Source of the DNA: Octopus sinensis
Lineage: Eukaryota
NCBI RefSeq assembly: GCF_006345805.1
Contig: NC_043000.1
Coordinates: 68,076,001-68,140,000 of the forward strand
Length of the DNA stretch: 64,000 nucleotides
Direction of reading: 5' to 3'
Positions 1 to 11,716 of the stretch are shown here, one piece after another. The notes under the pieces are model-generated. The model was not told where the DNA came from. It saw only the letters and a program-made list of their open reading frames with translations, and ran no database searches. The translations under genes were made by a program, and so were the position numbers. Position 1 is the first letter of the stretch, and each line of letters starts with the position of its first letter.

Positions 1-106
1 TTCAGTATCACAGCGTGACACCTTTGGCAAGTGTCTTCTACTGTGGCCTTGGGCCAACCAAAGCTTTGTGAGTGGATTGGTAAACAGAAACTGAAAGGAA
101 CCCGTC

Positions 107-159
<53 letters not shown>

Positions 160-463
160 CATGTATGTATGTGTCTCTGTGTCTGTTTTTGTCGCCCCAC
201 CACCGCTTAACAACTGGTGTTGGTTTGTTTACCTCCCCGTAAATGTATGTGTATAATGTATAATGTGTTTATGATAAGTGAGCTCATTATCAGAACCGCC
301 ACATTATGAATATGATTTGAAACATTACTCCAAAGTATCAAAAAGAGATGGAATAAGCACCAGGCTTCAAAAAATAAGTCCCAGGGTCTATTTGTTCGAC
401 TAAAAGCCTTCAAGGCGATGCCCCAATATGGGCGCAGTCAACTGACTGAAACAAGTAAAAGAT
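1..463 (+). mobile_element. tRNA-derived SINE, main family of the window, with internal (TA)n; head cut by window edge
   Basis: GGCAAGTGTCTTCTACT...GAAACTGAAAG body and GCAGTCAA..GACTGAAACAAGTAAAA tail shared with copies at 17.7, 20.4 and 26.5 kb. Confidence 0.85.
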
Positions 464-972
464 AATGTATATAACATAACTTTGATACTGTATGAACTAA
501 GTCCCACGCTGATAGGTTTCTAGTGCGTTAGGTGTTTTACTAAGCGAAATTAACTTATTCTTCTTAGGCTGGTTAATGTTGTTTGGAGTATAAAAGTTCT
601 CTGATACGAGGGTATTAAGAGTTGTATTTTACTAGGTGGAAATAATTCATATGCTTCTTTAGATTAAATTAATGTGCTTGAGAATATTATAATCGTTCGT
701 ATTTTATTTAAAAGGATGGAATCTACGCCTTTATTTGAGCAACGTAGCTGCTAGCTTTGATCTGGTTGAAGAGTTTAAAGAGCAGAGAACTGAACCGCTA
801 AGCATTACTAGGGCAAATGGGAAACTTCAGGATTAATGAGACTCTACCGATAACGCCCATTGCACGAGGAAGTCCTTCGTTAAATATTGTGTGATTGTCC
901 TTCAGAAGGATTTTAATATTGGTAAAGCTAACACACGTTTAAGGGTTTTTATTTTATGGAGGTTGTGTAGTC

Positions 973-1151
973 CATACATACATACATACATACATACATA
1001 CATACATACATACATACTACATACATACATACATACATACATACATGCATACATGCATACATGCATACATGCATACATACATACATACATACATACATAC
1101 ATACATACATACATACATACATACATACATACATACATACATACATACATA
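973..1151. repeat. (CATA)n microsatellite
   Basis: About 180 bp, with a few CATG variants. Confidence 0.97.
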
Positions 1152-2512
1152 GGTATCTTGGACAAGATAAGAATGTCAGATATGATGGACCCAGGAGATA
1201 ACCAGGAACGAATACCTTAGGAGCGTAAAAAAAATATGGTCATCAGAACTTTCAGCTTACAACAAGCATATTGCCCACAACACCTTTGTGGTGCCTGGCC
1301 TCACGCCTACGTGTGGCCTTCTGAACTGTTCTCTATAGGAACTCGGTGAGATAGATGTTCGAACTCGCAAGCTGCTCACCGTTACTGAGAACTTCAACAT
1401 CAATGAAGATGTAGACAAACTGTATTTCTTCCTATGTAAACATGGTGGCTGTGATCTTAAATCTGTATCGATGTCATTTGAAGCACATATTGTGACACTG
1501 AAACAATATCTGCAGCAGAGGAAAGAGACTAGTAATTTTCTTCCCAAGTCTGTGGCTATGATATCAACAACATAGTTAATGAACTATGAAATAAGAGCGG
1601 ATACAGGAGCACTGGTAAAATTTATTTATCAGAACAGAATTTTAAGAAAATGGACCAATTCACTGAGAAGATAGTACATGAGTACTTGGCGCGTAAAACA
1701 CAAACCGTAGAAGGGACTGATCATATGAAAAGCTTGGCATGAAGTACCAACAAGTTTATGACATTCCACTTCGAAGACTACCCCCATACAATTCAAGAGC
1801 AAGAAATCTTCACTATGTACCTAAAGCATAAAAGACAGAAAACGTTGACAGGCAACAAATGTAGGCTATGCAAGACCAAGACAGAAGACATCAACCACAT
1901 TATTGCTAAATGCAAGAGAATATCTTCCAGGTATTATTTTCCCATGAGGCATGATGCGGTAGCCAGAACTGTTTGGAACAGGATAGCAAAAGAGAAAACA
2001 CTTATAGGCGAAATTGACCATATTGAGACCGACTGGTCAAAAGAATATTGGTGGAACTTAAAAATTAAAACAACCACCAGGTTAAAACACAACCGGCCAG
2101 ATACTGATGTGTGGGACCACAAAGAGAAGATCTGTTGAAGAAATCAGCAGCCCTTTTGTCACGAATGTGATTAAAAAAATACAAGAGAAAGAGGGCATAT
2201 ATGGCCCATTGATAAGGAATTTGCAAGTCCAGTATCCAAGATACACTTTCAGCTTCGTACCTATTATTATTATTGGAGCAACAGGATACATACCAACACA
2301 TCTGAGCAAAGTAAGGCCGAATTTGGGATCTTGGAGAAAGAATAAAAATCCTTAATTCATACGATACAAATGATCACGATATCTGGGACTATGAAAATCA
2401 GCAAACCTTCCTAAGATTTAACGGGTATTTGCTTAAAACAAGATGGTTTCCTTCACAACCTTGCTACCAAGTAAGTGGCCGGTCAAAATTTATTCTAAAT
2501 AAAAGAGGGAGA
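1152..2512 (+). mobile_element. 5'-truncated, decayed non-LTR retrotransposon of the RLE type (R4/Dong/NeSL-like)
   Basis: Across frames: RT end RYLGQD...SAYNKHIAHNTFVVP...DVDKLY..KHGG; QEQEI; CCHC knuckle CRLC..EDINHIIAKC; RHD motif; RLE HNRPD...EISSPF...KEGIY...IIIGATG; AATAAA at 2498-2503. Confidence 0.85.
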
Positions 2513-2584
2513 ACATACATACATACATACATACATACATACATACATACATACATACATACATACATACATACATACATACAT
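2513..2584. repeat. (ACAT)n microsatellite
   Basis: Perfect 72 bp. Confidence 0.97.
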
Positions 2585-3133
2585 CGTGGTCAGTCAATAA
2601 AAAAGTTGAAGAACTCCAAACACCCAGAATTAGATTTTCTCCTAAAACGTTTAAATGAACAAGCAAAACGTATCATCAGATTTAGATTAATACATCTAAC
2701 CGAAATGTCGGATTCAAAACAGGTGGCATTATAAAGCCAACCATTGAAGATAATCATCCCACTTCCAATGATGGGCAGACAGAATGGTCGGCTAATTCTA
2801 GCAGTAAACAACACACCAACAATTAGCTGAAATCCATATCTATATTGTACAAACGGAAGAACACCAGAAACCTGTGAACGCCTGGGATGATATGTTTTCA
2901 TAGGCCCATAACCTTAATTTGAATGACAGACCAAACAACACCAGTATAAACAAAGAATTCGATAAATCAGCATTAGGCAGTAAATGAAACAACAAACAAA
3001 TATTTGCTGACTACAGAGTCCGGAGGTATGAAAGCAACCTACGAAGCCATTAATCTTTTGACATACGTCTCATCTATTACATTACTAGCGATTCGTAAAG
3101 AGCTGAATTCACACGACATTAGGACCTGAGATT

Positions 3134-3274
3134 ACTGGTACTTATTTTATCGACTCCGAGAAGATGAAAGGCAAAGTCGACGTCGGTGGAATTTGAACTC
3201 AGAACATGAAGACAAACAAAATATCGCTAAGCACTTCGCCCGGCGTGCTAACGATTCCGCCAGCTTGCCGCCTT
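3134..3274 (-). mobile_element. Short SINE with Nin/Deu-like central domain, next to (AAC)n
   Basis: GGTACTTATTTTATCGAC..GATGAAAGGCAAAGTCGAC..GGAATTTGAACTCAGAAC, repeated at 14.4, 14.6, 18.9, 30.3, 44.1 and 50.5 kb; domain name from memory. Confidence 0.8.
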
Positions 3275-3302
3275 AATAACAACAACAACAACAACAACAA
3301 CA

Positions 3303-4010
3303 ATTTGGAGCTTATTACTTTTTCATCAGTACCACGTCCAACCAATCAACTGTCCACGAACGCATTGCTTAAATATCCATTAAGTTTTAGCAGTGTAACA
3401 CAATTGGATAGTTGATGGGTTGGATGTGGTGCTGATGAAAGAGCAATAACTTCCGAAATATGCATATACACTCATTACCTATATTTTCTATCTTCGATCG
3501 TATCGTTTACATAGACGTGTTTGTAAATGAAAGCTCGTAACTTTAAGTGTTGGCTCTGAATTCTATAGTAAATCTAAAGTTTATCACTTAAAAAAGAGAA
3601 TATTGCACCGTTAACACAAAAAGTAAGATACGGTACTGACTTGTAAACCTTTATTATATTTGGTAATATATTATGGTTGCAAAACGAAATACTGTGTCTT
3701 TGCTAGTAATTGATATTTACGTACCAGTTGCCAGTAATGGGTTTAATATGCAAGTTGGTATATCCAATAGTGCTACACCGCTAAACCTTAATGGGTATTT
3801 AAGCAATGCGTTCGTGGATAGCTGATCGGTTGGATTTAGTGCTGATGAAAGAGTAATAACTCTTGAAATATGCATACATATCCAATAACTATTTTTTCTA
3901 TCTTCGATCGCATTGTTTAAATCGACGTATTCGTGTAGAAAACGTTGTAACTTAGATTTCTGGCTCTGAGTTCAATAGAAAATCTATAGTTTATCACTTT
4001 AAAATATAAA
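3303..4010. mobile_element. Penelope-like (PLE) terminal-repeat cluster: one inverted and two direct copies, each with a hammerhead-like motif
   Basis: 3405-3600 resembles 3815-4010; 3303-3356 is the reverse complement of 3405-3459. Confidence 0.6.
3839..3879 (+). ncRNA. Minimal type I hammerhead ribozyme-like motif
   Basis: GTG-CTGATGA-AAGAG(TAATAA)CTCTT-GAAA-T(ATGC)A-TA-CAT: core, 5-bp stem II, palindromic stem III and 3-bp stem I. Confidence 0.6.
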
Positions 4011-5384
4011 CAATAACAGGCATGTAGGAATAGACAAAACAACGTAGACGATACAACTATTCAAATTATCACATTCACTTCAAATGATAAACCGACTGCT
4101 CAGTATGGCAAGTATATTACATAGGAGGATTTGGATTCGTGGATCGTATCAGGTCGATCGTTCGACTAATTCCATGTCATGCAGCCAAATAATCAGGACT
4201 TGCAGCTACACATCAACAACGTAATACTAGTTGGGCTTGACTGTTAGGAGTTAAGAGTCATGGTTACCGACACGACCAACTCCTTGTAACATGATACAAA
4301 CCACCAATCACTCGGCTAGTGGTCGACTGATCCAATTCTCCATACAGACCGTCCCAATATGCAAACGTGATCATCTTACTAAAGGTCAGTAAACAAGTAA
4401 AGAAATAACGTTTTTTTTTTCATTTCCTTTTTCTTTTTACACAGAATTCTTTTTCTAAAAATTAGCCAAACCTTTCGATTTCATTCTCTTTAACTTTTTG
4501 CCTAAACCAAACATTTATTTTCAGCAAACATAAAATTACGCGCTCATCAACTTCCACAAACAAGCTGTTCCTTTCAAATCTCTTTAAAACTATTCCCTAC
4601 ACGCTCACTGGCTTCCCGAACTCACTCATCTACACCTTACTTATGGCATCGGGGTCATCATCAGCTGCATCTTTCAACTTCTCACAAATCCCGTAACTCC
4701 CACTTCACCTACGTAATCCAAGCTACTACTGAAACGCAGGCTACTATTTTAAATAATTTTCACCAATTTCTCTTCCTCTTCTCATTTTCTTGATCGTCCA
4801 ACTCATCCTCTTCCTCACTCTGTGAACATTCAGACACTAGAGTAATTCACGTCTGCACGCTCGGCAGATCTTCGCCAGTTTAAGCAGATTATCCTCGACA
4901 ACAGACCAGAAAGTATTACATCTAGCATCATTTACTACAATGTGACATTATTTACATTTAAATGCAGAGCTTTGAAGCTTGTGAAATGCTGTTTACCTGT
5001 GAGTTACCAGTGAACCAAACTTTGAACAAAATGCGAGTAACAATGAAGCTAAACAGTACCTGTGTCCCACTGCGATCCACCTACGAGTTTAAAACCGATC
5101 ATGTATAAGGCAAACCTCAACGTGGTTTCTTGATATACTAGAAATAGCAGCCAAATCGCCGTCGCATTACATCCTACTGTCGGTAAAGTTCCAGGATATT
5201 TAGCACCCTTGGCCATTTCTGCAATATGCACCCTTTCTCCCAGCCCTACAATTTGTACTTCCTTTTACCACACCTACACTGTGGGTTTCACTTCAGAATG
5301 TTTTCAACAAATCTCTCCAGCTATGACTTTTCTTACATAAACTGAGAAATAAGTACTCTCTCGAGTCTTAGGTCATATTGGGTC

Positions 5385-5597
5385 ATAGAATAAGTTACCA
5401 AGTTTCCTTAGCGTATAAGAGACTGAGATCACAACATTCCCTCTGAACAGAACGCCAGTCCGCTGTAGGGTTGTTCATGTATAACTGAGTAGGCTGGAGT
5501 AACGTGAAATAATATGTTTTACTCAAGAACGCAACGCACCGCCCGATCGAAACTACGATCTTGCGGGCAGCATCCCAACCATTAGACCATGCGCTTT
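5385..5597 (-). mobile_element. tRNA-derived SINE (second family)
   Basis: ACTGAGT..ACTGGA..AA.GTGAAATAA..TGT.TTACTCAAGAAC segment shared with 43.2 kb; B-box-like remnant. Confidence 0.6.
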
Positions 5598-6696
5598 CAC
5601 AAACTGATGAGAAAGTAGCTAAACATTACAATTAACATGCACATAATAAATCTATAGAATTATTTCATTATGCATAACATCGAGTAAATCCGTTATATGA
5701 TTAAATATGAAATGATTCACGCCAAATCATTGTGACAGACCATAACACCAAACGACTCTCACGTTTCCACTCCGCCACACTTCAACCCTGATCTCAATCC
5801 TCGGTTATACCTAGAGTGACTTCTACTGCTCCCTTTATCACTGAGATTTCATGTTTTTAATCGGATTAAAAAAAAAGCTTTCTCTCCAAACTTAATCATT
5901 AAGCTAATTATTTTTGTCATCAGTATAGGTGTAATTTTAATTAATTAAAAGTTTTGGTTTCTTGAATTAATTCTAGTATGTTAGCACTAACTTAACTACT
6001 TGTATCACGCTATAACTGCCTCTTTTCCTGAAACAGCCATCATGAAAATTAATTAATCTCTGTCTGTCTGAGAGTTAATTCTGAATACCAATAAACCAAT
6101 ATACAATATTTATATATTGGAAACAAATCAATAATCTCCACAATTTCCAAATACAGGAAACCAAATTTCCATAAGTTAGACAATTTGCAAGCTTTGAAAC
6201 TTCTAACACACAGGAGTATAATGAAATATGCAAACACAGACATCTTACAACGACTCAATATGATTTTCATGAATTGGCAGCCTTGTAACTGATATTCTGA
6301 TTTAACGTTATGAACGTTCGCTATCCGAACATGAGCATATATTTTGTTTATTCTTTTATTCTTGTATTTGTGTCAGTCATCGGAGTATGGCCATGCTAGG
6401 ATACCGGTATAAATAAAAACATGACGTTACGAGCAATTTAGACTCTGCATCGAGTGCTGATTGAACCAGAGATCATTCAATCGTCCAAGTTCTTATCCAC
6501 TATGCAATAAAGCAGTGAGACAAAAAAATAAAAAATAATGCAAGACAGACGGCAAATCTCTCTTAAATTATACCCTATCGTCCTTAAAAGGAAAGACATA
6601 GAAAATGTAGTTCTACTTCCCTTATCCCACTATGTTATATACGGACATAAGAATTGACTTCCTTTCGAGAGTAAATATGTTGCCTGAACACCTATC

Positions 6697-7332
6697 GGGA
6701 TCTTTTCCTTTTGAACGGCAGACAATTTCTAGTTAACTAAACACTTTAAAACTTCGTATATTGGTAGAATGTGTCAAAATAAAACATTTTTTCTCTTGGC
6801 TTTCTTGAGAAAATTGTAATTTGTTTGTTTAACGTAGTTTAATTTTTCGAATTTTAACCAATCCTATGCTCTCTTTTGAGCTAAAATCATTTGCTGCGTC
6901 TAAAACTGAGACAACATCCTGTAACTAACCCTAAACCTCCCCCCTAGCCCTAACCCTAAAATTTTTTTTCTTAATTGTTAAATTAATTTAATTGTTACGC
7001 GTGTAAAAAAAACTAAAGCAATGGAATTAAATTAGTTTAACAATTAAGAAAGAGAAAATTAGGGTTAGTGGGGAGGTTTAGGGTTAGTTACAAGATGTTG
7101 TCTCAGTTTTAGACGCAGCAAATGATTTTAGTTGAATGGAGGTAATCGACTGGTTAAAATTGCCGAAATGCTCGGATTTTCAGACGAAATATCTTACAAA
7201 CTATAGAATTTTCTCAATAAAACCAAGAGAAAATGATGTTTTATAAACACATTCTACCAGTATACGAAGTTTAAAAGTGTTTAGTTAACTAGAAATTGTG
7301 TTGACATCTGCCGTTCAAAAGGAAAAGATCCC
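6697..7332. mobile_element. Fold-back MITE (636 bp) with long imperfect arms and telomere-like internal repeats
   Basis: GGGATCTTTTCCTTTTGAACGGCAGA ... TCTGCCGTTCAAAAGGAAAAGATCCC; arms of about 290 bp; flanks ACCTATC/ACATATC. Confidence 0.85.
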
Positions 7333-7799
7333 ACATATCGTTCTTGGCCAGTCACTCTTCTTTTCTATCTCTCTTTCTCTTTCTCTTTCTCTTTCTCTTT
7401 CACTGTCATTCGCTCGTTTCGATCACATTCTGAGACAAGCGTCAACAGATTCTGTACTCGCACAGGTTTCAACAATCGAGAGATAAACAAATAGATCCTA
7501 CAGTTGCTGAGAGATTATTCAACCACGGGAAGAATGCTAACAGCTCAGAATCAGTGAACCGAGACATTCTTCGATTCGATATGAATACAAACTTCCACTG
7601 TTTTTTTCTAGCATACTCGTTGCATTTACCAACTTTCAATACTCCCTAGAGATTCTTGATATGTTCCTCTATTGTATAACTATGTAATTTAGCTGCTAAT
7701 TTAAGTGGCTTTATTGTTTATACTCTGCAAGAGTATTATTTTGTATTCAATATGATTTATTGTACCTTTTTTTCATGTGCATACAACTTTACATACAAT

Positions 7800-8464
7800 G
7801 GATCTTTTCGGTTTGGTGTACCATGTCCGATTTTATTGAGAATTTCTTCACAGATGTAATTTTCATGCCAATTACGAAAATTTCAACCATATTTTTGGAG
7901 AAAATATTAAAATGTTACAAATCTATACAGATCGAATTTGTTTTGTTATTTTAACCAATCAGATCAATTCATTCTCGATGTTATGGACTTCAATAACTTG
8001 TTATTTGCGTATGTCCCCATAGCATTATATGGTTAGGGTTAGGATTTAAGGTTAGGGAGTAGTGTTTAGGGTTATGGTAAGGATGTAGAGTTTAGGTTTA
8101 GGGTTTCGCTTTAATTCGGAGGAGAAGGGTACCATTTTCTTCCATTAAATATTTTAATTTTTAAAAATTTTGTAACGTTTTTATTAATTTCTAAGAAAAT
8201 AATTTGATAGTGTGATTGTCATAGTCGAATTTCGAAAAAAGCTAAAAACCAAAAAAAAAAAAAATCATGGCACATTCCATAACAAAGCGATGGTATGTCG
8301 AGAATGGATGGATCTCGCTGGCTAAATTTACAAAAAATTTCAGCATGTTTAATTATTAATTTCTCCAAAAATGGTTATGAATTTTCATAATTGGTATGAA
8401 AAACTATATGTGTGTGGAAATTTTCAATGAAACTGGAAGTATACACCAAACAGAAAAGATCTCC
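7800..8464. mobile_element. Related fold-back MITE (~665 bp), more diverged
   Basis: GGATCTTTTCGGTTTGGTGTA ... TACACCAAACAGAAAAGATC; arms of about 130 bp; degenerate TTAGGG run at 8030-8104. Confidence 0.7.
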
Positions 8465-10179
8465 TACACCTCTATTCCAATTGTTTGATTTCGGTATTAG
8501 ATTATTGCTTCGGATAGAACGTCTTTCTCCGCTATTGACATCAGCAGAATTGATCAATTTTCTTTCTCTTTGCAGAAAACTGTGAAACAGTGGAATAGTT
8601 TGTATAATACTATAAATTACCAGGAGCATAGGCCGGACATTTTCCAACATTCTTTCAACAATCAAAAATGTAGGACTTCCAATAACCATATGCAACGGTC
8701 AGTCTTATGATGGAGCAAGCACCATGTCAGGTAAAATATTTGACCTCCAAAGATTAGGGAAGTTGCTTCAATTTGAAATTATTCTAATTGCCACAACTAA
8801 ACGTCAATATTCAAACCAAACTGCTTTTGGTAACTCTATAAAGTGTCTATACCTTTTTCTTTGGCAATTTACTTCGTCTTTCAGAACTAAAAGAACAACA
8901 CCATCAAATGGTTAGCACTAATTCCAAAGAAATCTTGTGATGCCAATTGGACACCAAAAAACTTACAAGGATGGAGTCTGGCAGAATGTATCAGCGCTAA
9001 CAGAAAATTGTTCGCATACGAAACTCACACTGAAGCAAATGATGTAGTAGAAACAATTTATATCTTGGAGTATAGCGCTAAACAAGGTTTTCATTTTATT
9101 TATGTAGTTATAGTAGAGTAGTCTAGACATGGTAATGGTTTCTCATTTTTGAAAAAGATATGAAAAATATACGAAATGAGTATAAATCTCAATTCAAACA
9201 AGCTTAAAACGAAACAGCTAAAGTTGGTTTTTAAAATGTGTACAGAATACTAGCTACTCTGGGAATGAAAAAGAAAAAGATTCCAAGCTGAAACTGCAAA
9301 GAATACAGGAGTATTTGAAGTTCAAAAGAAATTCATTATTGAATCCTACATAATATTCTTGAATTTAACTATAAATATCAAACATTTGATTTGAACATTT
9401 TTAAAAACGTCTAAATTTAGTACTCAAAATCCAAAGCGTTTTAACGACACAAATAATGTGAACAAATGAGAATTTATAGCATTCAGATCTCATCCACAGT
9501 CAAACTGAAATCGTGCATGAGTTCCATTCATTCAAAGATATATACAAAGAATACAAACAAGTAGTGAACACAAGCAATAAGAAAAATTTAGTGTCGAGAA
9601 AATGTCAACCGTATATTTAAATTAATGACCACTAATGACGTGTGTTCTATTTATCAAAACCCGTCCCATTGTACCACATTATATTCTGACCTTGAAAATT
9701 ACTAGCGCACTAGCGGAACAATCCTCCAGTCGGCTAAGATACATAAAGCCCTACCTTCATTGTGCAATGGGTGAGGATAAATTGTCTGTGTTAGTTTTGC
9801 TCTTATTTGAAAAAGACTTGGTAACTGAAGTGGATAATAATGAAGTAACAGATAACTTTGCTAAAGTAACGCTAAGGCAAAAGAAACTGTTGCAGATTTA
9901 TAATACAGTTTTCATATTGATAATTTGTTTCCATTTTATATTAAAATTCAAAATAATTTAACATCGTGTTTTTTTTTTTACTATGCCTTAAAATTTATGA
10001 GCTTACAGCGAAACTGTTGGATTTTCATTTTAACTACAAAATAACGATTACGTACTTCCATAAAAGTGGTAGCTTTCTTGTGCTTCGATTTTAGTGGTTG
10101 TAAAAGCAAAATAAAAATGTATCCTGGCAGCCTTTTACGTGATCGCTCCCCCTACCTTTAGAATCTAGTTACATCACTG
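8465..10179 (+). mobile_element. Decayed hAT transposon (Tip100/ZMYM1-like transposase)
   Basis: Motifs DISRIDQ, CNGQSYDGASTMSG and dimerization domain AMGEDKLSVLVLL.FEKDL...EVTDNFAK; right end TAGTTACATCACTG resembles a CAGTG-type TIR. Confidence 0.75.
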
Positions 10180-10269
10180 TACGGAATGACTTTTGATCAT
10201 ACACCTCTATAATCAGGACTGCTTTGGAGATAAATAACGAAGATGACGACGACAACAACAACAGTCTTT

Positions 10270-10625
10270 CAAAGATTGGTATGTAGTTAAGGAATTCGCT
10301 TCGCAACTATGTGGTTTCACTTTCAATATCACTATGCCACACATTGACAAATGTCTTCTCTAGTCTCGAGTCGATCAATACATTGTGAGTAAAATTTGGT
10401 CGACGGAAACTGTTCGGAAGCCCGTCTTGTGTGTATGTGCGCGCGTGCGTGCACGTATCCGCGTTTATATTTCTTTATGTTCCATAACTTCGCGTTTGAT
10501 AAATAGAGATCAATAAAATAAGTATGAAATTTAAATGTAAATACTGAAGCTGATGTAAATAATTAAACCTTTGAGGGTGGTGCTCAAGCATGAGCGCAGT
10601 CTTTTAACTGAAATAAGCAAAACAT
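10270..10625 (+). mobile_element. Diverged main-family SINE
   Basis: Head GTAGTTAAGGAATTCGCTT, GACGGAAACTG..GAAGCCCGTC, and tail remnant. Confidence 0.65.
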
Positions 10626-10904
10626 TAAAAGGATATGAAATGGGTTCTGAATATTACCAGACAATCTATTTGTTGAAATGTAGTGAAGACAGAAACATGT
10701 GATAAAGTTAATAAACCCATTCACTCTATAAATGATAAATTATGACATTAATACAATTATTTAATTCGAATATATTTGTAACAGAAACTTATAGATTCCT
10801 GTAATCCGATTGTTTAGTCTACATTTGTGTAGCTAATTAGACCACCTAATAACAAAACGGCTTAACATGCGTCAAGGTTATGAACACATGAATGGAGCTC
10901 GAAC

Positions 10905-11100
10905 AGTCAATGTTGCTGTTGCTTAGACCCAAGTCTGCCCTGGTTGAGTAGATCTATGATTAATGTCCTGACCGTCCCATTTATTTCTAAGGCCTTGAGC
11001 ATTTAGGATTACATTATCCTGTACGTCCGTCTTCATTTAAAATGATGTAGTATGATTTGTGGGAGATTTGGTTACTATTTCTAGCAAATTGAGTGAATAT
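10905..11100 (-). mobile_element. Interspersed repeat (probable SINE); related fragments at 11.2 and 31.6 kb
   Basis: GCCCTG..GAG.AGA.CTATG..GACC.TCCC..TT motif recurs. Confidence 0.45.
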
Positions 11101-11612
11101 ATAATGATTCCTTCATTGGCTCGTGTTGATGTTTGATTTCGAATCAACTATTGTATTTAAATGGGATTGAAGCTGTAGCTTAGCTCTAGGCCCTAATCGA
11201 GCAAACTTATGGCCAAAGGTACTCCAGTGTTGACGACCTCATCTTGACAAAAAAAAAAAAAAAGATACTATAAGGGTGTGTTATTCGAAAAAGAAAACAG
11301 GTTGAACGACCGGATTGATGCTTTCTCTTTGAATATACGGGGCAAAAAGAAACATTGTTAAAATAAGGAAGGAATGGAAAATCGAGTTGATTTCTTGATT
11401 TCATCGAAGTTTTGTAGCCTAAATAAGTCTATTTACGTAATTTAAAATTTATAGAAATGAAGATAGGCATGGTTCATGGGATGCTATAACTACCCTTCAA
11501 CCTCACATGTGACTGTCGTCTGCAATACGCACTATTTATAATAGGTATGTTTTTATTTTATCAACTGTATAAAGCTTTATCTATTGTTGTAGCGTAACAT
11601 GAAAAAAAACAT

Positions 11613-11613
11613 A

Positions 11614-11686
<73 letters not shown>

Positions 11687-11716
11687 TAGGTGTGTGTGTG
11701 TGTGTGTGTGTGTGTG
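11613..11716. repeat. (GA)n-(GT)n compound microsatellite
   Basis: Direct reading. Confidence 0.95.

Noticed and set aside
891-1220. ORFs rich in HTYI/MYVC, IYLS, YI or CV repeats (also 12843-13273, 15414-15793, 16278-16921, 52981-53457)
   Set aside because: Translations of microsatellites; no coding signal.
4500-5000. Acidic minus-strand stretch (SEEEDELDDQENE) suggesting a transposase or gag remnant
   Set aside because: Broken frames and no diagnostic motif I could recognise.
8030-8104. TTAGGG-like run suggesting a telomere or fusion site
   Set aside because: Short, degenerate and internal to a MITE; the same motif occurs in the neighbouring MITE.
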